Assembly: GCA_012295275.1 (NCBI GenBank)
Contig: CM022669.1
Location: forward strand, 10,044,001 to 10,108,000
DNA length: 64,000 nt
Direction of reading: 5' to 3'
From: Chrysomallon squamiferum
Taxonomy: Eukaryota; Animalia; Mollusca
Shown: one piece after another, positions 14,820-40,050 of the stretch
Numbering within the stretch: position 1 is the first letter of the stretch
Layout: each line of letters opens with the position of its first letter
Made by a program: the position numbers and the translations under genes
Notes under the pieces: model-generated
What the model was told of the DNA's origin: nothing
The model's database searches: none
What the model saw: the letters and a program-made list of their open reading frames with translations, nothing else

Positions 14820-15180
14820 ATTTTACAAGCTTAAGGAAGGAACTCGAAGGAATAACGTGTGTTTTTGAAACTCGAAGGAATAACTTGTTTTAAAAAAGAA
14901 AGGAATCACGTGTGCTTTACAAGTCTAAGGAATAACGTGAGTTAGTCTAAAGAATAACGTGTGCGTGTAAAATTCGAAGGAATCACATGTGTTTTATAAG
15001 TCTCGGGAATAACGCGTATTAGTCTAAAGAATAACGTGTGCCTGTGAAAATTCGAAGGAATCACGCGCGTTTTACAAGCCTAAGGAATAACGCCTATTTT
15101 TAAAACTCGAAGGAATAGCGTGTGCTTTTGAAACATGAACGAATGACGTGTGTTTTGAAACAGAAAGGAATCACGTGACA
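14820..15180. repeat. Degenerate ~28-bp minisatellite (about a dozen copies)
   Basis: Recurring aaactcgaaggaat(a/c)acgtgtgtttt-like units. Confidence 0.85.
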
Positions 15181-16382
15181 CATGCATGCTTTCAAAAAGG
15201 CAGAACGGCTCACCTGCAGAGCGCCTGACAAGCAGAAGTAAAAAAAAAAAAAAAGTGCACAGTTTTAAGCAACATCAAACGATCTTTGATTTCTTATCTA
15301 GAAACTGTCCTTGTTGCCGTCGTGTAGCCATCGATCGCTGGATAAGGACGCTGCTCGCCCGCGGACCTGCCTCGGTGGCGAGGAAATTAGACGTTGATGC
15401 CGTCCACGGCAGCTCTTGTGGAAATTACACATAGTTGGGTGGAAATTAGTTTGTGTAAAAAGTCTCACAGTTTGAACAGGGAAGAAAAGCTCTTGTAGCG
15501 GCCAAAATGAAATATCTTTTAGCTCAATCAGATCATTAGAGATGCTGACGTTTTAACAAAATGGTGTCCGTATGATGATTTTTCTCGCGCAGTTTTCCTT
15601 ATGTTTGAAATAAATGCCGCGTCTCTGTAGCCTGTGTCTGTATCAAACGTAGCCGGTCATTAGTTAGTTGTTTTTATGCTTTGAAAAGAAAAGAAAAGAT
15701 TGTTTTTTAATTATAAATGCTGTCATATTTGTTATTTATTTTTCAACGTATTATTATTATTATTTTTTTTTTTCTTCCAAAAATGGCGTGAGTTTGAGAA
15801 AAGATATTTACGAAAAAAAAAAAAAAAAAAAAAAAAAACGGTGGAAAAAAAAAAAAAAACATAAAAAACGAAGGAAAAAGATAACAGGAGGAAATAAAAT
15901 AAAATAAAACACAAAAAAGTAAAAAGAAGAAAGATTTGAAAAATGTAAAACACCAGCTGGACGATTTTCTTGGCCTAATTTTTGATAATGCAATTTTTAA
16001 ATAGAGAACATGTGAATATAACAGTTAAGATTAATTAAACATTAATTTTCGGAATGAATGAAAACTAAACTATGCAGTGTGACAGATAATTTGAAGTTAA
16101 ACAGAAAAGCTGGCTTCAAACTGAAACAAATCAGAACACTGATTTCATTCCCTCTGTTTCATTTATTATCATTTTGTTTGGTTTCCATGTTTGTTTATTT
16201 ATCCATGTTTCTGTCTGCCTATCTATCTATCTACTTATTTATCTTTTTGACAAATTAATTGTTTTAGAACTAAGGTAATTTAAGTACATTGCCCTAGTTT
16301 TGCATTTCCAAATTTGTTTGTTATTTAAATTTTATTTACCTTTACTCAAAATATAATTTATTAACGTTTCTATTTCCCTGTA

Positions 16383-16387
<5 letters not shown>

Positions 16388-16474
<87 letters not shown>
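16388..16474. repeat. (CT)n microsatellite
   Basis: Directly visible. Confidence 0.95.
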
Positions 16475-16477
<3 letters not shown>

Positions 16478-17179
16478 ATTCCCCTTGAGTGTATGTGATG
16501 TGTGTATGTATGTGTATGTGTGTTTCTCTCGTTCAAAGAATGTCTTTGACATGTATATTTATAAGCTTATTCCTTTCCTGACCAATCATCAACACGTTGC
16601 TAGGCACCAAAAATAAAAACTTATTTATAAATCTAAGATGATCTGTTATCGATTTTCACGAAGTTAGAATCAAATAATATTAAAGACAAAACACCACATA
16701 AACACGGCTCCAACATATTTACAACAGTCTCCACCGTTTCATGTACGTATTTATTCCACATCTCGAAACGTAAATTAACAGAAGACGAAAATACTAATTT
16801 AAATATGAAATTGGCTTTTATAAACAATGGAAATGCATTACATTTATGCAGAAAGGAACTGGAGTAAGCAAGGCGACAGAATTTTGATGAAATTAACGGC
16901 AATTTGCTTTGATATCGAAAGTCGTTTGTTAAACACACACGTTGCCTCATTTCTACGAGTCATATTTTGTGTTCAGTCCCTTTTGTATTCAACGCACACT
17001 TTTCGTAGTTTACAGCGTCTGCGATACAGATTTATTTATGAGTCGTACATATGTATTCGTGTGAACGGCGAAGTCTCCAGAGGTTCGGTGTATGTGAGTA
17101 ACACAGAAAACGGAACGTTCGGGTAAACTCCACTTCTGTATATGTGTTAAAAGTTAAATGTATCGTTCTGTTGTCAGCT

Positions 17180-17570
17180 TTACGAACTGTTTTACTGTCT
17201 CTACTAAGCTATAAGAGTTAAACGTACTGTTTTACTGTCTGTACCAAAAAGTTAAACGTACTGTTTTACTGTCTGTACCAAAAGTTAAACGTACTGTTTT
17301 ACTGTCTGTACCAAAAGTTAAACGCACTGTTTTACTATCTCTACTAAGCCATAAGAGTTAAACGTACTGTTTTACTGTCTGTACTAAAAGTTAAACGTCC
17401 TTTTTATTGTCTGTAGTAAAAGTTAAACGTACTGTTTTACTGTCTGTACTAAAAGTTAAACGTACTGTTTTATTGTCTGTACTAAGAGTTAAACGCACTT
17501 TTTTCTGTCTGTACTAAAATTAAACATACTGTTTTAATGCTGTACCAGAAGTTGTTTTATTGTCTGAATT
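17180..17570. repeat. ~31-32 bp minisatellite (aaagttaaacgtactgttttactgtctgtac)
   Basis: Roughly 11 copies, decaying at both ends; shares the core gttaMacgtactgttt with the adjacent 37-bp array. Confidence 0.9.
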
Positions 17571-17783
17571 TGAGTTAAATGTGCTGGTCTATATGGCTAT
17601 ATTTGACATATACCTACTGTTTTTACTTTGAATTATACGAACTGTTTTGTAGTCTGTACCAGTATTGTATGGACTGTTCTACAAGTTATACATACTTATC
17701 CATCAGTCTGTGTTTGCATTATATGTATCATTCTCTTTTCAGCATTTCAGTTCTACGTACGGTTCAACAGCCTGTATTACGTG

Positions 17784-19924
17784 GGAGTTACACATACTGT
17801 TTGTTCTATTTGTTTAGATAGGGTTTACACGTACTGTTTGTTCTATCTCTTTAGGTAAGAGTTACACGTACTGTTTGTTCTGTCTGTTTAGGTAAGAGTT
17901 ACACGTACTGTTTGTTCTGTCTGTTTAGGTAAGAGTTACACGTACTGTTTGTTCTGTCTGTTTAGGTAAGAGTTACACGTACTGTTTGTTCTGTCTGTTT
18001 AGATAGTGTTTACACGTACTGTTTGTTCTATCTGTTTAGATAGGAGTTACACGTACTGTTTGTTCTATCTGTTTAGGTAGGAGTTACACGTACTGTTTGT
18101 TCTATCTGTTTAGGTAGGAGTTACACGTACTGTTTGTTCTATCTGTTTAGGTAAGAGTTACACGTACTGTTTGTTCTATCTGTTTAGGTAGGAGTTATAC
18201 GTACTGTTTGTTCTATCTGTTTAGGTAGGAGTTACACGTACTGTTTGTTCTGTCTGTTTAGATAGGGTTTACACGTACTGTTTGTTCTATCTGTTTAGAT
18301 AGGGTTTACACGTACACGTACTGTTTGTTCTATCTGTTTAGATAGGAGTTACACGTACTGTTTGTTCTATCTGTTTAGGTAGGAGTTACCCGCACTGTTT
18401 GTTCTATTTGTTTAGGTAGGAGTTACACGTACTGTTTGTTCTGTCTGTTTAGGTAAGAGTTACACGTACTGTTTGTTCTATCAATTTAGCTAGGAGTTAC
18501 AAGTACTGTTTGTTCTATCTGTTTAGCTAGGAGTTACACGTACTGTTTGTTCTATCAATTTAGCTAGGAGTTACATATACTGTTTGTTCTGTCTGTCTAG
18601 GTAGGAGTTACACGTACTGTTTGTTCTATCTTTTTAGCTAGGAGTTACACGTACTGTTTGTTCTATCTGTTTAGATAGGGTTTACACGTACACGTACTGT
18701 TTGTTCTATCTGTTTAGATAGGAGTTACACGTACTGTTTGTTCTATCTGTTTAGGTAGGAGTTACACGTACTGTTTGTTCTATCTGTTTAGGTAAGAGTT
18801 ACACGTACTGTTTGTTCTATCTGTTTAGGTAGGAGTTATACGTACTGTTTGTTCTATCTCTTTAGGTAAGAGTTACACGTACTGTTTGTTCTGTCTGTTT
18901 AGGTAAGAGTTACACGTACTGTTTGTTCTGTCTGTTTAGATAGGAGTTACACGTACTGTTTGTTCTATCTGTTTAGGTAAGAGTTACACGTACTGTTTGT
19001 TCTATCTGTTTAGGTAGGAGTTACACGTACTGTTTGTTCTGTATGTTTAGGTAGGATTTATACGTACTGTTTGTTCTATCTGTTTAGATAGGAGTTATAC
19101 GTACTGTTTGTTCTATCTGTTTAGATAGGAGTTACACGTACTGTTTGTTCTATCTGTTTAGGTAGGAGTTACACGTACTGTTTGTCCTATCTGTTTAGGT
19201 AGGAGTTACACGTACTGTTTGTTCTATCTTTTTAGCTAGGAGTTACACGTACTGTTTGTTCTATCTGTTTAGATAGGGTTTACACGTACACGTACTGTTT
19301 GTTCTATCTGTTTAGATAGGAGTTACACGTACTGTTTGTTCTATCTGTTTAGGTAGGAGTTACCCGCACTGTTTGTTCTATTTGTTTAGGTAGGAGTTAC
19401 ACGTACTGTTTGTTCTGTCTGTTTAGGTAAGAGTTACACGTACTGTTTGTTCTATCAATTTAGCTAGGAGTTACAAGTACTGTTTGTTCTATCTGTTTAG
19501 CTAGGAGTTACACATACTGTTTGTTCTGTCTGTCTAGGTAAGAGTTACACGTAATGTTTGTTCTGTTTGTTTAGGTAGGAGTTACACGTACTGTTTGTTC
19601 TGTCTGTTAAGGTAGGAGTTACACGTACTGTTTGTTCTATCAATTTAGCTAGGAGTTACACATACTGTTTGTTCTGTCTGTCTAGGTAAGAGTTACACGT
19701 AATGTTTGTTCTGTTTGTTTAGGTAGGAGTTACACGTACTGTTTGTTCTGTCTGTTAAGGTAGGAGTTACACGTACTGTTTGTTCTATCAATTTAGCTAG
19801 GAGTTACACATACTGTTTGTTCTGTTTGTTTAGGTAGGAGTTACACGTACTGTTTGTTCTATCTTTTTAGCTAGGAGTTACACGTACTGTTTGTTCTATC
19901 TGTTTACGTAGGAGTTACACGTAC
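17784..19924. repeat. 37-bp minisatellite array, ~57-58 copies
   Basis: Unit gagttacacgtactgtttgttctatctgtttaggtag; period 37 (e.g. 18081 to 18118); high identity between copies. Confidence 0.97.
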
Positions 19925-20540
19925 TTCGGTCCAGTCTATATTAGCGAGTAGTTAAAAATCTGTGTGTCTTGGCTGATGGACGAGCTGGGTGACTGATCTG
20001 ACACACAATAGATTTACGGTTCCACGCCGTCATTGGAGGTTCGTTCGCCAACCCGCCCGATCGCTCTTTATATGAATACTGATCATATTGGCAGCGTTAA
20101 TTCCTGATATAATTTCGTCTGCTTGTGTTGAGCATGTGTCTCGTGGGGGCAGCGCGCGAGCGCAAGGAATCTGGCTGGACAACTTGCTGATCATTGGTTT
20201 GCGATTCGATTTGTCGTCGATAGCGTTTGCATATTTCAGCTGTGAATTTCACTTGTCATAACTTGTTTGCAATGTAACGGTCGAGCTCTCTCGCCCGCGA
20301 TGGTCAACGGATCGTCTAATGATTAGACCCGAGTGTTGAGAAAACGGCAATTTGATATTAGGATTAATTCCTGATCTGTGATCGCAAACAAAAAAGTGAG
20401 TTCTTTAGCTTGAGAACAAAAAAAAAAAAAAAAAAAGAAAAGAAAAAAGAAGAAAAGTTCAGACAGACTTAAAAACGCACGAGAATAACAACTGCTTTCT
20501 CTGTTATCGTTTCGGAATTGTTTCATCCGTTGGTTAAATT
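19925..20540 (+). promoter_or_regulatory. CpG-rich segment, candidate promoter/first exon of the lachesin-like gene
   Basis: Abrupt GC/CpG enrichment (e.g. gggggcagcgcgcgagcgc) upstream of the 5'UTR-like exon at 23697. No transcript evidence available. Confidence 0.35.
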
Positions 20541-20544
20541 ATGA

Positions 20545-20800
20545 CACTGTAAAGAAAGTGGGATGTGTTATTTATGTGAAGAGTTTGACAAATATTCGGT
20601 AGCGAGCGACGTAGAGAAAGTGTTTAACTGCTTAAAGTTTTGAAACGTCTTATGTTTTATGCTTGGTAAAAATTATATCACCGTAAAAAGAAAGACAGAC
20701 AGAAAAAAGGTGTGTTCTTCATGTGAAGATTTTGACAAATATTTGGTAGGTAGAAAAATTGTTTAACTGCTTAAAGTTTTGAAACGTCTTTTGTTTGAAA
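20545..20800. repeat. Local tandem duplication (~147 bp period, 2 copies)
   Basis: tgtgaaga..ttgacaaatatt..gtag...tgtttaactgcttaaagttttgaaacgtctt occurs twice. Confidence 0.85.
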
Positions 20801-21194
20801 CTAGTTAACAAGGCAACTGAAGTTTTACCTCCCCATCGTTTATTAATATAGTTTAATTAATGAAACGTTAATATTACTGATTAAGAAGTTTGAATTACTT
20901 TTATAGTGAAGTAGTCATTTTCTTATGTATTTTCATCAATCAAATATTAGTATTTTTAATTATAAATATTATACCAATATTTTAATGCAGTACTAATTAT
21001 AAAACTGTAATTTATTTTAATGACAAAGCAATAATTATAATATATTCAAAATGTATTTACTTATGAATTTTTCAGTTGTTTCAGTTAGATGTTGATATTA
21101 CAGTGTGTGAAATTATTTATCCTAAACCGATATAATTTATCATCATCCATCTTCAGTATTATTATTATTATTATTATTGTTGTTGTTGTTGTTG

Positions 21195-21252
<58 letters not shown>

Positions 21253-21559
21253 AGAGAAACAAAACGCTTGTATAACATATTTACTCTTCAACTGACTTGA
21301 CATAATTCTAATGAGAATAATTTTTTTTATTTTTTTATTTTTTTTGTTAATACGAAAAGATCTTTAGATACATTGTTATTAGTATTATTATAGTATATAT
21401 ATATTTATTTGTATGTATGTATGTATGTATGCATAATCATACGCCTACTTACACATATCAACACATGACCATATATATGTTGTATTCAATGGTCTGTTTG
21501 TTTATATAAGGACTCCGACAGTGATTCATTTTATACCATAAAAGAATGTAAATGCTGAC

Positions 21560-22200
21560 AGTTCTGAAAATAGCAAATACTGACAATAGACATTAAATTA
21601 GTGTTTACAGAATCACTATGCAGACGACTGTGTAAACATTAACAACAAATATTAAAAATAAGCGTTTATTAACTATAATGTAAACACTAAACAGTTAAGT
21701 TTACAGTTGTGTAAACATTTAAATTAAGCTAAAACTGTATACACAAACAGTAAATACTGACAACTGCTTGAATCATTACAGTTCACATTTGAAGTTAACG
21801 TTATGTCGACAACTTACACGAACATCGACATTTCTGCAACAGTTTACTAGTAAAACATTAACAATTAATTACCATAGACAGTGTTTTAAGCCGTAACAGT
21901 TAAATTTACACATTTACAGGTGCATAACGTTGTCAATGTACATAGCTCCAGTTATGTAAACATCGAAAGTTTTGTAAACTTTGATAGTAATGAATGACAG
22001 TTAATTACCATAGACAGTGCTGTGTGAAGTAACTCTTGAGTTTACTATATATTTACAATTACGTAACGTTTTCGATGTACAAAAGTTCCATTTATGTAAA
22101 CATCGACAATTCTGTTAACTCTGATAGTAAACATTGAAAGTTAATTACTACAGACAACTTTGCTTACAGTAACAGTACTTAAACATTTTGCAGTTATCAC
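21560..22200. repeat. Decayed ~136-140 bp tandem repeat
   Basis: ttaattaccatagacagtg at ~21865 and ~22001, ttaattactacagac at ~22141; shared ttatgtaaacatcga blocks. Confidence 0.7.
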
Positions 22201-23696
22201 TGAAAACAGTCAGAGCAAACACAGACAATAATGCATAATAAACTACATGTTAGCCAAGTAAACATTACAGTTATTCCATCGACAGCTGGAAAACACAAGC
22301 AAAAACAATGCAAACAAAATATGTTATTTATTTATTTATTATTATTATTATTTATTTATTTATTATTATTATTTTTATTTATTTATTTTACTAATTATTC
22401 TAATTTCTCTATGCTCGTTTTAAAGGATTGGATAATACTCAGTTATGTACAGTCACATTTAGATCATTAGAAAATAATTATTAACAAAAACTGTAATGAT
22501 AATTGACACATCTGCAATGTAGAAACTGTGGTTCTAGACAAGTATGTTCTAGAAAAGTTAGAAACAATTTCAAGAATTTTTTTTTTTTTTTTTTTTTTTT
22601 TTGTGCAAAAACTATAGAAACAGAATTCAAAGTATTAGTAAAAATGATACTAAATATGATGAATAATAACTACAGAAATGATAGTTCATGAAAACTGTTA
22701 CTTTTAGAATGGAAATTGTAAACAAACACTATAGAAATGGTGATGCTAGAAGAAATTTTTTGTAAAAAACACATTAGAAATGAACAGAAATATTTGTTAT
22801 TGTACAATGTTTAGAAAGGACAATTGTAAAATATAAAAAACAAAAAAACAAAACAAAAAAACCAATAACAACAACAAAAAAAAAACCTCAAGAAAAACAA
22901 CAACATTTATTAGTTTTGTTATAGTTGTCCCTAACTTCATATTTTTATTCCAATTCATCCTTCCTGTACCTTTAAATATAGACACAAACAAAACTTATTT
23001 ACAGACATCGACAAATAAGAATGTAATTCATTTTAAATTATACATCTAAGTTAACGACTAGCAGTTCACACTTTCTTTTTATTTTTTCAGTTGGTTGGGT
23101 TTTCTTTTTTTGAGTTATATACAATATGTTTTTCATGCTGGGGAGTCTTTAAACATTCATTCATTCAGTTATTACTAGTTACGTAAATAAAGGGATGTCA
23201 GTTCATACTTTTTAAAATAGCTTACGTGAATGACTGAAAACCTTTTTATTTCATTTACTCATCAAATGAATTCGCTATTATTTATTATAAATTACAAAAA
23301 TGAATTTAACATAATTATTTGCAATAAATTATGCAGTTAACATAATTATGATTAATAAGTTATGTAAGTGAACGACAGTAAGATCACACCTTTATAAATT
23401 TATGTATGTACTTAAATTTGTGTCTGTTCACATATTATTATTTTAATCTACCTACATAAATAAGCATCAAATTAAAAAATATATATATATATATTAAAGA
23501 AAAATAATACGTACTAACTACACAGATAAACACATCCCAATCCTCATTTGGTTAAGTTTTTGACATAACGTTAGCTTCTTCTTGTTTCTTAATTCGTTAT
23601 GATGAAGACACTATGTAATTATATACTATACGAAAAACGATTTTTCACGTCTCAGTACTTTTTTTCTTCTTTTTTTTTTTTTTCTTTTCTTTGCAG

Positions 23697-23910
23697 CGGC
23701 GTATTCAGAGCTCTATAGCGCTAGGAGGTGAGAAGACGGATGTGTGAGATTTTTCGTTAGCGGATTTTTATTTTTTTAATTTTTTTATGGAATAATGTTG
23801 ATATAAAAAAAAAAGTGTTTTTTCACCCACAATACCCGAGACGTTCTGTCTGCACCATGACTGATGTACCAACGTCTGAGCAGCATCGATAACGTCCCGC
23901 ATTGTTCAAC
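23697..23910 (+). other. Probable non-coding 5'UTR exon of the lachesin-like gene
   Basis: Very strong acceptor (long T/C tract + ttgcag ending 23696) and donor aac|gtgagt at 23911; only short ORFs inside; next exon (acceptor caacag at 26415) carries the start codon. Confidence 0.6.
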
Positions 23911-25010
23911 GTGAGTTATTTTGTCTGTTGTTGCTGTTGCTCTTGTTGTTGTTGTTGTTGTTGTTATTGTGTTGTTATGTATGGGGATTTTTTGTTGTTG
24001 TTTATGATAATGTTGTTACGAATGTTTTATTATGGCTTTTGTTGTTATTGTTTTGTTGTGGCTGTTCTTGGTGTTGATAATAAATTTGTTGTTGTTACTG
24101 TTATTATTGTTGTTGTTTTGTTATGGCTGTTGTTGTTTTGTTGTGGTTGTTGTTGATTTGCTGTTGGTGTTGATGATATTGATGCTGTTATGGTTATTAT
24201 TGTTATTACTCTTGTATTTATTGTGGCTGTTGTTATTTATTTATTTATTTTTTTTTTTGTGTAAAACACTTATTTGTTTAAAAATTAGAGCAGTTAAGTG
24301 TTTAATGGTTAACAGTTAATAATTTGTATTTATAGTCTTAGGATCCATTCTTCCCGTCTGCATCCTTTTCTTCTATTTCCCTTTCTTGGCACTGCTCCAT
24401 AATACTTCGTATTCTAACACACAGAACGTACTGTAATTTTTTTTAGATGCCTATTTAGGTTGTTTTGTTTTATTTTTGTGTTGTTTTTTTTTTATCGTTC
24501 CAGCCCGTGCTTAATGATTTGTTTATTAAGATCTTCTTGGCATCATCAAAGCTACACTTTTATTAAAAGTGTATATTTAAAATCAGTGTAACTTCTACTC
24601 AAAAGGTTTTTCCATTATTCTGAAATCAGAGTAAGCTGAAACCACTACAAAAACAAAAACAAAAGCAATTATGTGGCTGTAATGTTATCTTAGTTAAATT
24701 TAGAATTAATTTTATCCTAACTTTTCAAATTTACATCCAATTTTTTATTTTTTTAACTGATGTTGGATTTTACTGTTCATCATTTAAAAATGTATGTACA
24801 TGACAATGGGTTTGTATGCAGGCTGACTGTTTCTGCATGTGCGTATGCATACGCTTGCTCAAGAGTTTCGTTTCAGTGGTGTCTGTGTTTCATTTTCTTC
24901 GTGTGTTTTTTTTATGTGGTTTCTTTCTTCTTCTTTTTTTGAATGTTTGTATGTGTGGTCGAGCGCGCGTTTTTGTGTTTGATTAAAAATGTTATATTAT
25001 TATTATTATG

Positions 25011-25061
<51 letters not shown>

Positions 25062-25468
25062 TTAATTAAAATATTCCACTTTCTTCTTATTTTTTTCTTC
25101 TTCTTCTTTCATATTAAAATGTGTTATAGTTCTATTTTAAGAATGTTTTTTTTTTTTAAAAGGACAAAGAAAAAAGGTGCTGAAGGTATTTATATTAATG
25201 TCTGGACTCTGGAAATTTAAATATGCTAAGTTAGTTTCATTATCCAGAAATGTCCAGCGGCGCAATATTTTTACTTCCGTCTCGAATGACGTTACTCTGT
25301 GATTAGGCTCATTTGACGCGTGTACAGTCTAGACAAATCAAAAATATTCCTAATACAATGTAGTTTAGTACAACTGTTTGTTTGTTAGTTTGTTTGTCTG
25401 TCAGTTTGTCTTTCTTTCTTTGTGTTTGACTGCATTTTGATTTTTGTTTCGTTATTATTGTGTTTTTT

Positions 25469-25561
<93 letters not shown>

Positions 25562-26430
25562 ATTAAATTATTTCATGTTTGCAATTTTCTTTCTTTATTT
25601 CTTTCTTTATTTGTTTATTTATTAATTTTCTTTTTTTTTTTTCTTTTTTTTAAATTGTTTTTGATTGTTCTGACTTTGAAAATCGTTTATTTCTTTTTAT
25701 TTATTTGGTTTTTTTTTTATTTTATTAGCTTTTTTTCTTTCTTAGGTAATTTATGATTTCATTCTTTTATTCTTAATTTGTTTTCTTTTTTTCATCTTTT
25801 AAATTTATTTATTTATTTTTTTTTAATAGCTTTTTTTTTTCTGTTAATTTGTTTTCTTTGTTAAACATTCTATTACTGTTTATGTTTTCTTAAAACTTTC
25901 CCATCTGACTATTAATTAAACGACAGATGAGCAAAAACAAAAAAAATCACTCTTGATAGTGCAGTGAAATTAAATTGCCAAACAAATTATCAAGCCAACA
26001 ATTGTAATGTTATTATTAATAATATTTTTTTTTTTTTTTTTTTTTAAACAGAATAAAAAAGAAAATGAGTGAGAGAAAAATACTTTTGCAAAGCACAATT
26101 CAGGAAAAGCAGAAAAAGAAAGAATGTTTAGAATTTTGCGATACTGAATTCACAATGGATAACCACATTTACTAGATATCATAAATATTATTAATAATAG
26201 AAATAATAATAATAATTACTACTACTACTACAACTGCAGCAACAATAATAATAATAATGTTGGTGACAATAGTAAATAAATTATCACCATCATCAACAGC
26301 AGTGTTTCTTATTTACTAATTCCATTAACTTTTTTTTAAAACGTTGTGTTCTTCTTAATTTCAGTTTTTACTTTCTTTTTTCTGCCGATCTTTCTTTTCG
26401 CGGGAGTTTCAACAGGAAGCAGGAAGTGAG

Positions 26431-38156
<11,726 letters not shown>

Positions 38157-38489
38157 CAACTCTCTGGAATATGAAATTAAAAGGAAAAAAAAAAAAAAAA
38201 AAAAATAAAAAAATTAAAATTATAAAAAAACACAGAGAAGGAAGATTTAGAATCATGCGTTGGCGGAATCCAATCGTTATATTTGCCGGGGGAAAATAAA
38301 AATATTATATTCAAGCCAGTGTACCTTTCTTGTCACGATGATGCACGTTTGCTGTGAAATATTTCTTTATGTGAAGAACATAAGAAGTCTTATGACCATC
38401 ATAACAATACGTACATACAGAGCATTTCTAATCAGCGTCTGGATATAACAGTGGAATAAAACAAAAAAATATTAATCAAGTACTAATTT

Positions 38490-39725
38490 ATCAGCTGTCG
38501 TAAGATACACATGTAGAAAAGTGTTTATTATGTCATATTGTATGTACCTTGATAAATATTTATGTCATATGATACGTATCTAGAAAAGTGTTTATAATAT
38601 CATATGATACGTATGTAGAGAAGTGTTTATCATGTCATATAATATGTATCAAAACAAGCGTTTATTATTTCACTAATACGTGTCTAGATAAATGTCAGGT
38701 CATACACGTATCTGCACAAGTTTTATCAGTTTGCATCTTGGTACGTGTTTTTGCTGTGTCATATTATACGTATCTATAGAAATGTTTAGTGTGTCATATG
38801 ATACGCGTCTAATAAGTCTTTATCGTGTCAGATAATATGTATGTAGATACATGCTTAAAATGTGTATTTTAACGCCATACGTATATAGATATATATATTT
38901 ATCATTTCATGTAATACGTATGTAGATATGTATTTATCAAATAATATAATATATTTGTTATATTATACGTATTAGGAGAAGTGTTCATTGGCTGTCTTGT
39001 AATGATCATTCTTCTAGACACTTTTCATCAATTGGTCTAATAACGTATCCAGATAATTGTTGTTTATCGGTCGTAATATAACGCTCATCTTGTGAAAAGA
39101 TTATCAACAGTCATATAATACGTCTGTAGGTGAATATTTATCAGTTATCTTATAATATTCGTCATGAGAAGTATTTATATATGCCACATATCATACGTTT
39201 TTGGAACTAGTATATGAATCTAGATTCATCTCTAATAATTTGCAGATGTCATAAGGTCTACGTCTTGAGAGTGTCTTGTCGTCTGTCATATAATTCACAC
39301 AGAGGTAAACGTTTATCATTTGGCAGTTAGAATATAGTGTACATCTACAGGAGTGTTTATCCGTTTTGTTCAATACGCTCCCAGTTAAGCGTGTTTTGGC
39401 TGTTAAATATTAAACGTCTGTAGAAATGATTATTATGGTAAGCATCTAGACAAGCTGGCATTTTTCATATAATATACATCCTAGGATTACGTTGTCAGCA
39501 CTTAAATAACTCGCATTCAGCTAAGGATTTAACGGTTGTCATTTTAAGAACAGCTTGTGAAATACGCATCAGATGTCATACAGTATACATCTTATCAGAA
39601 AATGCATGTCTAGATAAATGCTTATCATTAATCATATAAAATACATCTTTGCGAAGCGCTTGTCAAATCTCATATAATACGCATCTAAATAAGCGGGTTT
39701 TTCTTTTTGTAAGCAGCAATATGAA

Positions 39726-39775
<50 letters not shown>

Positions 39776-40050
39776 TATATATAAATGCTCATCAGTTGGT
39801 GCAAATTATAACGTTATTATATGACATAAAACCTATATTATCTACACGCATTGTGTTTGTATATTTTCGTAAAAATACTCATTCAAATATTGTGAAATGT
39901 TCATCTAGTCAAAAATTAATGTTTTGTCATCTGTACAGAATGCGACTGTAACTATTTATCTGCTTATCAAATAAAGTATTACCATAAAAATGTAACTTTG
40001 ACAGGTATTTGTCAAATCTTATAAAATACATTTCTTCTTAAATGTAATGA
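38490..40050. repeat. Old, heavily decayed ~35-38 bp tandem array downstream of the lachesin-like stop codon
   Basis: Recurring tgtcatatgatacgtatctagaaaagtgtttatca-like units, best preserved at 38520-38680 and fading rightwards. Confidence 0.7.

Noticed and set aside
17784-19924. CRISPR-like regular repeat of 37 bp
   Set aside because: Units are directly head to tail with no unique spacers, there are no cas genes, and the context is eukaryotic.
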